Origin: Callorhinchus milii
Lineage: Eukaryota
DNA length: 64,000 nucleotides
Direction: 5' to 3'
Assembly: GCF_018977255.1 (NCBI RefSeq)
Contig: NW_024704742.1
Span: forward strand, 119,414,001-119,478,000
Shown: positions 54,016-64,000 of the stretch, piece by piece
Numbering within the stretch: position 1 is the stretch's first letter
Layout: each line of letters starts with the position of its first letter
Notes under the pieces: generated by a model
The model's input: only the letters and a program-made list of their open reading frames with translations
What the model was told of the DNA's origin: nothing
Database searches by the model: none
Program-made: the position numbers and the translations under genes

Positions 54016-54799
54016 CCTAAATGTTACACGTGCACTGAAACAGTGCATGATACTTATTGTGATGCTAGTGGGAAAGTATTTCAGATTTAGTCTTGGTTTC
54101 TCAACTGCAGACAAGAAATTTGAGATATTACTGCTATCCATCATGCCCGTTTGCAATGGGTTTTAAAAAGGTTGCAAGATTGCAAAGGACGAAGGTTATA
54201 CAATAATAACAATCCTTGCATTTGATATAGCACCTTACCAAGTCATTGAGACGTCTCAACACGCTTCTCAGAATATATTGTAAAGTGGATTATCTGTGTA
54301 TTTGTGGGTGAAATGGAGTAGTCAATTGCACATTGCAGTGACTCACAATCAGTCATGGATTGAATGACCACACTTTTTTTTTGGTGGGGTATTACCCCCA
54401 GACAGTTATGGATTATTACACAGAATAAGGTTACTATGCACAAAAGAAGGACTTACAGCTTGCTCTAACTCTTCACTGGATCATCAGACCTATCTTCGAA
54501 AAGTGTTAGAAAGTCACAAAATCTGTGCGGACTGACAAAAGTACAATACATTTTTGCCATAATTGAGGGCAGTCTTATCAAATGCTAAAGCAACAAGAGT
54601 AAACCTACTAAACTCAGAGGCAAATGTCTCGATATATCACGTGCAAGTATATTTATGATCGTAATTTGGGTTTGAAAAGTGGGGCCCTAGATATTGATGT
54701 TTTTGCTGTTATGTCAACTTGTAGGTTTACACCCGTAAGACCTTTCAAACTCAAGTAATTTACAACACAAGCATCTTTTCATGCTGAAAACCATTTATT

Positions 54800-56233
54800 T
54801 TTTGTGATATGCAAATGCATAAGTATAAATTTTTTTATTACTATACAACAATTAAATGACATTCACAAAATCCTGTGGTGGAAAAAAACAAGACATAGCA
54901 GCTGCAAACACTTTTTATTGCACAGTTCTGACAGCTTAGTTCATATTGTCGTTTTAAGCATCGGTTCAACGATAGCAAGTAATCCTAGCCAACAGGTACA
55001 ACACACTTAACTTGACCCAACAACACAAAGACAACCAACAAAACAAAACTGGATCCCACACAGTCCCACATTCTGCATACATTCAATAGATTGTTGGTAC
55101 GTTATGACCAAAACATAAATACTTACAAATACAAGCCTGTGAGGTTTAAAAAACCCTGCACATAGATTTGGTAAACATAACATTGCCACATATATTTATT
55201 TACACCTCTGATGCATTTGTAAACGAGTGTTCAATGCTTTAAAACTAGCTAAGAGCACAGATTTAAAAGGTTGCAGAAGAGGCGGTACCTCCCTCACAGA
55301 GTGTCTTACGTACCTGGTAATGCACTATCCACATTGCCTCAGCACAATGATGTGCTCTGTCTACTTGTGCAATCCAACTTATCCAGACCCCGNAAAAAAA
55401 ACTGCCCAAGAAATGAATTGGTTGCTGATCCCTACTATTTTTGTTAACCGTAACCAAAATTATAAATAAAGGTTTTGCAATTTTTTTTTTAAAAAGGTAA
55501 TTTCCGTTCAGTAGAGTGGTTCTGCCAGTTCCCCGTTCTTTTAACCAAACAAAAAACACTCCAGAAATGCATTTTTTTTAAACCCCAGAAACGTCTCCTT
55601 GTTGACAATATTTACATTTTTATTTTGCTTACAATCAAAATGATATTAGGTGAATTGCACACAGCTACTTGATGCATTCAAAAGGAATGTACATTTTAGC
55701 ATTACCTGCTAAAAACAGCAAGCTTTTCAACTACTACACAACACCTTATTTAAACAGCAACGATTATTAAATGCCACTATTGGTCCTTGTGAAAAATTTG
55801 TTACAGATAAAACATCACCACTTCTTAACCATACAATTATTCATGTCACCACAGAGAACAAGCAGTGTTTTACATTCCTTTATGGACAAATTATACCCTC
55901 TCTTTCAAAATCTCGAAGTCATTTGTTGCATTGTATCTACAAAGAAGATCTTTTTCATTGGAATACTTCAGACATTCAAGAAATCTCGTACAAATACTAT
56001 GACAATTCCATCAGTCACTATAAACAAGGCAGTAGGGAGGAGGGGTGGGTGCAGGAAGGGCAAATCACATTCACCCTTGAAAGTACAAATCCAAAGCTTG
56101 CTTCATTTAATGAGAAACAGAATATCATGCTTATAAAATAGTGAACATACTATTGTCAGTTTATTGATGCCTTCAGTTTAGCTCACTCCCCGCACCCCCT
56201 CCCCCCACCCGTGTTAAGCTCCAGGTTTCTCCG
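54800..56233 (-). other. MAST4: MAST4 3'UTR (approximate end)
   Basis: AT-rich, repeat-free stretch after the stop codon, with minus-strand AATAAA at 56160-56165, 55195-55200, 54914-54919, 54834-54839 and 54794-54799. Confidence 0.65.
54834..54839 (-). terminator. Candidate distal polyadenylation signal of MAST4
   Basis: Minus-strand AATAAA near the end of the repeat-free UTR-like block; neighbouring hexamers are alternatives. Confidence 0.4.
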
Positions 56234-58284
56234 CTATGTCTTCTTAGGTCGACTGTCCTGCAATAATTCCTGCAATAATTCCTTGGACCGTTGCTTCTTG
56301 TTGACTGTGTCCATTCCAGGAATCGTACCACAAGCAGAATGGTGCTGCTCAGTGGAGAAATTTGAAGCATCTTTGCCAAGCTTTTCTTTTCTCACAGCGC
56401 CTGATTGTTTAGGGCTGCCATGCTCATCGTCCTTCAAGTCCACAGTGTCTTTTCTCTGAGAAGATGCACACCTTTCTGGACTGCCACCTTTAATACTCGA
56501 GCCAGCGGACACACGATTGCTTTCGTTCTTGCCACTTCTGAGCTTTATTGAACGTGTCGGACTGCCCTCCTTTACCTCAAGCTTCCTGCTTGCTAGAGCT
56601 GCCTCAGGTGGTGTGGTGAGAGAAACATTCCTCGTAACATCCACCTTGGCACAGAGACCATCAATTGTGATGCTCTTTGAAAGAGAGGGAGGCCGTGCTC
56701 TATCACTGAGGATAGCTTTCTGGCAAGTCGTGCCCTTTATAGATTTGCTGTGTTCATGTCTTGCCTTTGAAGTGCTTGGACCTGACAAGAAAGCGATATC
56801 AAGAGTACCTTCCAGCGGCTTTAAGCATGGAACTGACCTGCCATCCATCTTACATTCAGTCATTTGTCTCGTGATGTTCTCGGTCATAAAACTTAATTGT
56901 GCTTTCTCTAAGGCGTCTTCAGTCATCCCACTCACTAGTTTGGGACATTCCGCTAGCGATACGCTCAGATTACTTCGTCCACCACATGGGAGACTGCTGT
57001 TTGACGATGCAACACTTTTCTTGATGGATTCAGATTCTTTTTGTTTGTTCAAAGACCTTAGGGCCTTTGGTTGATTGTTGTTAAAGGCAGGAGGAGTCAC
57101 TTCACTCTTAAGCAATTGTGACAAATCCTTACCAAACTCAGTTTCTCTATAGAATTTTTTACTTCCCAAAAATTCCACATTTGACGTCTTGGCTTCCAAC
57201 CTTTTGTGAATATTGGACTCCTTGGTATGTTTTCCAGTCCATTCCACACCGTCTCCCTGTCCACAAGATTTGGCTGACTCTACAGAGGGAATATTATGCG
57301 TTTTGGAAGGTTGTCCAAATCTCTCAGATTCAAGCATACCTGGAGTGCACCCAGAGTCTCCAGTCTGTGGATCACTTTCTAACACTGAGGCCACGTCAGG
57401 ACGAGCAATAGAACTTGTATCTACTGTTTTTGAAGAATTTAACGGCAACAAGCTGCTTGTCATACACGGCACATTTGAACTTAGCGTTTCAGTAAACTTT
57501 GCATCATCAGTCGTTTCCGAAGCGCACGGACCCTCCTCTACAGTCAAGTGAGCTACACATTCATGCCCAGAGTTTGGTTCCTGCACAGCATCCTGTTTTT
57601 GAAAGGATTCCCGTCTTTCGTTCCAGTTGCCTTTCTTCATGACGACTTTTATCTTGAGCTTCTCCTTGTCGAGTTCATCGAGTGACTCCTGTCTCCCTAG
57701 TTTCCGCGACGCGGGGCGTTTGAGACAACCCTGTTCCACCAGCCTCACCCTGGTCACAGAGGGTGGCTCGTATGCATTTTCTTCCAAGCTGTGCAAACAC
57801 AGATCTCTCTGCAAAGCCTCCTTCCTTCCTTCTGTTGGAGCTGTATCCAGGCTATGTTTGCGAGCACACAGCTGTTTCTTATCCGAACCGTAAGATGGGG
57901 AAAGTTTCTCGGCTGACTGCACTCTCTTTAATAGAGGCGATCGCGGAGGCTCTGCGCTTTTAGGACGAACCATGTGTCTCAAAATGGTTGGTGGCGAGTG
58001 CATTTTTGCAGGAAAAGTCTGGGCCATTTTTGAGCTCCCAATGGAGTACCCCAGCAAGGGGGACGGAGACCTCTGGGGAGATGTTGGCTGGGGTGTAGGA
58101 GAGGGGGTTCGTGCCAGAGGGGACAGGGGGATACTGCCAGCTGATTTCCGCCTCCCAGATCTGTACCTCGGTCCGCCAAGCTTTGGGCCCAATCCATGGA
58201 GAGTGCTTGGTCTAACATGCCCAGAGCCAGCAGGGGAATTCGGAGCACTTGAGCTGGGAGAACTGCTTTGTGAGGAATTTGTGC
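56234..58284 (-). CDS. MAST4: MAST4 terminal coding exon, Ser/Pro-rich C-terminal tail (~682 aa to TAG)
   Basis: CAG acceptor at 58287-58285. The phase-1 join gives [36 protein letters not shown], running into the 652-aa ORF. Motifs [37 protein letters not shown] and [18 protein letters not shown] favour MAST4 over MAST1-3. Confidence 0.93.
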
Positions 58285-59589
58285 CTGTTCAAACATTAAA
58301 AAAAGTGATTGTCGTTGTCACGCAATGTTACAGCACAGCAACAGGATATTCAGCCCATATGCTCTGCGCTAGTTTTTCTTTTCACATGAACAGCCTAACT
58401 CAATCCCATTCTTTTGGTTACATCTTTAAACCCCCTCCCACCCCAATATTCTTTTGACTCTTTTACCCAACTCCACTTTAAAATAACTAATGAACCCCAC
58501 TTTCTAACAGTAGCTTGTGGGAGAGAATTTCATCCTCACTGTGTATTTTCTTGGATTTAAACATGGCAAACTCAGTTCACATGTTTTTACGTTACTTAAA
58601 TGTAGAAAAAAATACCAATTAACAAGGCTCATCATTGTTTCNAAAAAAACATTTAAGTAGCTGTTTGGAAATAGTATTGATATAGTATTGCATTTTATAT
58701 TGATATAGGGGTGCAGGGGTGCAGATTTTTATAATTATAATTATACAACTTGCATTATCATGTCATCGAAATGTCTGAAAGCATTTCACAGGCTTTTTAC
58801 TGTTTTTGTTTAGTAAAGCCAATTTGCACATACTGGTAATGGCAAGATTCTTTACATTATTTGATACCTCCTTAAATGAATACATTTCCAAAATCGATTT
58901 TAAATGCAGAATTTAGAGACTCACTGTTTGGGAAATCTTTTATAACCTCAGTACACAAGACTCAAATACCCAGTTAGAGGAAGAGACAAGCCTTAGCAGA
59001 GTAGCTTGTGGTCAGCAGGGTCGGATTAACCAATAAACCAGGTAAGTAAACCATGATTTAGGATCCTGAGGCCTGATATTGTTGATGCCTTTACCTCCCG
59101 TCTGCGCCTCCCTTTCTGTCGGTCTCTGCGATGCTTGCCTTGTATGATCAACAGTAACCAATACCTGAAGCTCAATCAGCTCAATACTTTAGCAATTTCC
59201 GAATTTAAACTACATATTACACCCAAGTGTCTACACCAATTGTGGCAAGCAGTGTTGTTGATGACACTGAAATATCTAGTCATTGCTGGCTTTTTCTGAA
59301 TCAGTTAACATACCTAACATCCCTTATCCCTGGTAATGGATGATGACTCCAAGAGGCACATGGTTTCTGCTCATTGGCGAGGTCACCAATAGGGCCTAGT
59401 GATAGAGGTTGTGTGTCTCACTGAATAATCTCTCGATAGGAAATTTCAGATTATATAGTTAGGTTATTTCCTTCTCTATCTAACGTGCAGAGGTTTGAAC
59501 AGGACTTTCTACAAATCAGTACAGTATATACCTTTCAGTATTCATATACACAAAATACAGCGCACATACAGCGCATCTTTCACACTTCA

Positions 59590-59925
59590 ATGCACTTCAC
59601 AATACCGACTAAGCATCTGAGCAGGGAGTGGGAGCCAGGGGGGTAGGGGTGGAGGGAAAAATGATTGAAAGTCCATTCAAAGAAGCACATTTTGACACAT
59701 GGCTTGAAAGAAGGGAGCGAGTCGGAGGGACTCTGATGGAGTTTCAGAGACAAGGGTAGAATGGCTGAAAGTCCACCTGCCGATGGTTGGACAGTAGACC
59801 GGAGGACAAGAAGGCAGGCCGTTGTTCACTGAGCAAAGGGAGTGGCAGAGTCTGTGTGGTTGAAGTAGTTTGTAGAGGTGTGTGCCGGTGTGGGTGGGGG
59901 GCAAGACTGTGGAGGGATTTAAATA
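59590..59925 (-). mobile_element. Old L2 3' fragment in a MAST4 intron
   Basis: PTIGRWTFSHS resembles the L2 C-terminal motif. Confidence 0.6.
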
Positions 59926-60679
59926 TGAAAAATGGTAGAGGTAATTATATTCCCTCTTGATCTAAATTCAAATAAATGGGTGACTTGTCTTGTTCTGTGT
60001 AGGACATCCCTGGCACAAATTAACTGCCGGTTTTGCCTAAATAAACCATTACAGTTATTTTGTGTTATTGAAAAATATTTTCTCTAGACTATTACTCCTC
60101 TCGAATACCCAACTGCTTCCTGTTTTTTTTATTGAATCCATTTTATTTGCCTCAAGTGTCAAATTTGGATGCACAGTCAAATCGCATGATTAAAAATCCA
60201 CAGTCTGGAGAGGAAGGCACCAGCCAGCTCTCATTCACATGCCGTCTGGACTTGCTTCTTTATCTTGTTAAACAGCCATCTGTCCTGACCATGAGAGCAG
60301 AACCAGAGAGCATGGGCTTAAAATGTAATAACACTCAAGCAAGACGAGAGGCTTGAAGAGACTTGTTTCTCTGACACTGCATAAAATATGGCACTGATGG
60401 CCAATAAAAACAGTCGTTATGATGTAGATTCAGTTCTTTTAAACAATTAACTGGATAGGCATCAGTTTTGCATCTGTGTTGGGAGACACCGAGATGAACA
60501 AGTACTTCACAGTACAGGATGAGCTAAAATGGTGGAGATGCAGAAATATTTAGAAAATTATTACCTTTGGGTTTCAAGGAGAGCCATAGCTGATTAATGC
60601 AAGGTAGAAGTGAGGCACTTTAGACCTTTTTCACTGCTTGTGTATACAGAGCCTGCGATCTCACTTTCTGTAAAGTGTC

Positions 60680-60826
60680 TGGTTTCCTCCGCGAAAGGAA
60701 AAATCATTGGTTCATTGGTTCACCGTCAATCTCACTTCCTGCTAACTGCACAGGTGCAAAGCAGGAAGTGATATCGAAAGTGACCTGATGAACCAGAAGT
60801 CGTTCATTTCTTTAGCACGGGAAGCT
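60680..60826. repeat. Imperfect palindrome (MITE-like) in a MAST4 intron
   Basis: Nested inverted arms around a centre at 60752-60753. Confidence 0.7.
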
Positions 60827-60963
60827 AAAAACAGCCAGCTTCTGGGCCAGTAAGATTTTGTGGATCCCAAACATGAACATGTGTTTTATCAGGGCTCCAC
60901 TTACGCGATTAATCGATCTTCAAAAGTCTTGTAGTATCTGTTAGGAGCAAACTGAACACTCAC

Positions 60964-61142
60964 CAGATTGAAAATCGGGGGCTGAGCGGAAGCTTTGCGT
61001 CGGTGACCTAGGAGATAAGCTGTGTGTGGGAGAGCCAGGCAGGCTGTCGCTGGAGGAAAGGGAACGGTTCAATGACGAGAAACTGCGGCTGGTGTGGAGG
61101 ATGGAAGGCTGCTTAGCAAACTTTTTGAAGATTGATCGCCTC
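60964..61142 (-). CDS. MAST4: MAST4 penultimate exon ([60 protein letters not shown])
   Basis: 179 nt, CAG acceptor, GTGAGT donor, phase 2/1; in frame with both neighbouring exons. Confidence 0.95.
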
Positions 61143-61214
61143 CTGCTCGGAAGGAATAGAAATCGACTTAATCTCATCTGCTTTAAAACAAGTGGTTTAA
61201 TAATATTCAAAATA

Positions 61215-61630
61215 AACTGTCCATTTGCATAGAGTGCCTTTCACATTAGAAGAGTTCAAAGTGCCCCATAGGATATACTGCAAAGTGACTGTGTATTTTC
61301 AGACTGTGTACTGGTGAACATGGCAACCAATTTGTACACAACATAAATGGAGATGAACTGAGGATGCAAATTTATTTGGGGGATTATTGGCCAGGACACT
61401 GGAAGAAACTCCCTCCTCTTTGAGAAGGGATAGGATATTTAATGTCCACGTGAAGAGGCAGACGGGATCTCAGTTTAACGACTCATCTAAAGGATGTCAC
61501 CTCTGGCAATGAAGTAAAACCCCTTCAATGGAGTGCCAGATTAGACTATATGAGTCTGAAGTCCTGATGTGAGGCCTGAACCCATAACCTTCTGACTCAG
61601 AGGTGAGAGTACTACCAACCAAGCCAGGAT
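61215..61630 (-). mobile_element. Deu-type SINE filling most of a MAST4 intron
   Basis: tRNA head near 61630, Deu core, tail near 61220. Confidence 0.85.
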
Positions 61631-61674
61631 AACCCATTAAATAAAGAAAAGCTGGAAGCCGAAACAACAAATAC

Positions 61675-61811
61675 CTTTCTTGACCTTCTTTTTTTTTGGT
61701 TTTCTTACTTCGCCTCATCATTCTGCTCTTGTAGCTGTGTCTCCGTGCAGGCCCAGTTCTAATAGATGTATTCTCAAACGGAGTGGTTATGATAGCAACT
61801 TTATTCCCACT
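61675..61811 (-). CDS. MAST4: MAST4 internal exon ([46 protein letters not shown])
   Basis: 137 nt, CAG acceptor, GTATTT donor, phase 0/2. Encodes the end of the PDZ domain plus a basic stretch typical of MAST4. Confidence 0.95.
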
Positions 61812-62332
61812 CTGTTGAGCAAAGCAAGATGAAAACACCAAATGTCAGGCAAAGGCGTTAGGGGACACAATTCTATGCCACAATCAAAGCTAATATTTTG
61901 TGCTATAAATGTTCAAACCGTGGTGTTAAAATGGTTAAACGGTATTCACATATACATAATGGGGAGGGCCTAATTTGGGGACTTCACAGAAAGTAAATGC
62001 TGCAGATACCTGGTGCCTTACACTGAGCCACTGGGACTCTGCTTGGATGCTGGTCACAGGTTTAGTTCTGTGATGTGAGACAAGACTAATTGGGCGAATG
62101 CCTGTTTTTGTGCCATATGACTATACATAAATACCTGCAGGATTCACTATTTACAAGTAAATTTGCAATTTATACCATTGAATCCCCATTGTGTATACAC
62201 ACACACGACTTTATACAGTCGGGCAACAACAACTAGCTTTTATATAGTACTCTTCACACACAATTGGGTCTCGAGCCCTGCACAATGATGCCGTTGGATG
62301 CCGAGCAAGGGAGAAGGGGGAAAAGTCTTAAG

Positions 62333-62467
62333 ATAATAATAATATAATATACATTTGATATAGTGCTTTTCACGCCTTCTAGACATCTCAAAGTGCTTCA
62401 CAGAATATACTGTAAAGTAAATTGACTGTATATTTTGTGGGCAAAACGTGGCAGCCAATTGCGCACA
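62333..62467 (-). mobile_element. SINE 3' fragment in a MAST4 intron
   Basis: Shared 3' module with (ATT)n tail. Confidence 0.85.
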
Positions 62468-63754
62468 AGATGGGATTTAACACGGAAGCATTCGGGTCCT
62501 TAAAACTGGACCCTGCATTATAACAGGTCATGTTGTAGATCGGGCATCGATGAGCACTTCCAGGTCAACAGATCACCAATGATATCGCTGTTGACATCAC
62601 CAAACCACGCTGTGTACAAGAGTGATAACCACTCGGTAAGAATTTCCAGTGTTTGTGAGTGTTTGCTGGGACACCTGCAGGTTTCCTACACTGGACACCA
62701 GAGTGTTATACTGCGGGTTCACAGTGTGCCTATGATATATATATATATATGCATCCATACGGATAGGGTGCACTGTCAACAGAGCTGAATCAGAGATACA
62801 ATTACTGAACAGTTCTACCAGTTACATGCTGAACATTTGATAAGAGCTCCAGGTTCATCGGTTTGTGTCGGTGTGAAACACTGAAGCTATTTGAGAAATG
62901 GAGTGATTGGATATGTCTGATGTTCAGCACGTCCCTGTGGAATCATCAAATATAGATCGTTTTGATGTTGCTGCCAATGGTTTGAATTCCACCACACACA
63001 GTAAACGGGGTAGGATTCTAGCACCCGGCATCGTACAGTATTTCAGAGCCTGTGACATAAATGGGCCAATAACCTAGCGCTGCAGCCTAATTTGAGATTG
63101 TACTGAAATGGTAGCAGACAAGTTTGCGATGGCAGGTGAAGAATTTATGAAGGTACTTGGCACCTAGTGTGGGTGGTGTGCATTACTGTACTTTAATAGG
63201 GCTATTAAGCTGTCAAGAGTACAAAGCATAAAGATGGATGGGAGATAGCTCTCTTAAACTTTGAGTAATAAAGGAATGGGATAGGGTGTATTTTTAAGGT
63301 TTAAATACTTCCAGATTATATTCTTTTTAATGAATTCTAAAACCGACAGTAAAATATTAATCTTTTTTGAACTGCCCGTTGAAATCGAGAAGGTTTTTAG
63401 AAAGAAAACTTCTTTGACGTTTGCTTTCCAATGCACGTCCTCCACATTGTGCATGTCAGTCACATCACATGAACCCAGACAGGGTACGCACTATTTTGGA
63501 TTCAGTCAGTTTCGTAACAGATGGAACAACAGTTTAAATTATCAAACAGCGTGAAATTAATTAAGTTTCAGACACTACCTTAAACCATTCCACAAAGCAG
63601 CACATGTCCTGTCAATTAGCTCTTTGTTTATTAAAAAAAAGTGACCTAACATGCAGTTAACTCACAAATACATTGCCCTTGTTGTGAACCCAGTAACCGC
63701 AGGGAATGCTCTTCAGCGTGGAACATGTGCATCTAGAATTTCTGTAAGTATTAC

Positions 63755-63877
63755 CTTGACAAGAAGCTCCACCACCTCAGTGTGAACAAGGCCGTGGACT
63801 GGCTCGCCATTTACATGGGTAATGAGGTCTCCGGCCTTCAATCCTGCCACATGAGCCGCACTCCCTTCTTCAACATT
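63755..63877 (-). CDS. MAST4: MAST4 internal exon, second half of the PDZ domain ([41 protein letters not shown])
   Basis: 123 nt (41 codons) between a TAG acceptor and a GTAATA donor, phase 0/0. Matches the MAST PDZ motif [20 protein letters not shown]. Upstream exons lie beyond the window. Confidence 0.95.
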
Positions 63878-64000
63878 CTAGCCCACAAGAAACACAAAGA
63901 TCAATAACTCACAACGACAACGTGTATTGATACAGTGCGCCTCACAAGGGATAGCGTCTTGCAGTGTTTAACAGTGACGAGGTTCGACGCCGAGCCAAGT

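Noticed and set aside
56517..58457. Plus-strand ORFs (185, 161, 112 aa) as antisense genes
   Set aside because: Shadow frames of the MAST4 terminal exon with no recognisable protein features.

Overview
Repeat-rich vertebrate genomic DNA. The CR1/L2 LINE and tRNA-SINE repertoire suggests a cartilaginous fish, probably a chimaera such as Callorhinchus (inference). The only supported host protein-coding gene is the 3' end of MAST4 on the minus strand. It has four phase-compatible exons (63877-63755, 61811-61675, 61142-60964 and terminal 58284-56234), followed by a repeat-free 3'UTR of about 1.4 kb. The remaining ~54 kb is intergenic and filled with decayed CR1 and L2 LINEs, at least three tRNA-headed SINE families, a few non-autonomous DNA transposons and several repeat-free islands that may be regulatory. 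Nearly all ORFs in the track are LINE fragments or chance. I found no convincing new multi-gene system. The best leads are an unclassified 5'-truncated retroposon family (6 copies), module-swapped SINEs that share an L2 tail, a double L2 insertion at one target, an intronic palindrome in MAST4, an old TIR element, and a conserved island in the MAST4 tail. Repeat boundaries are approximate; family names come from recall, not database searches.
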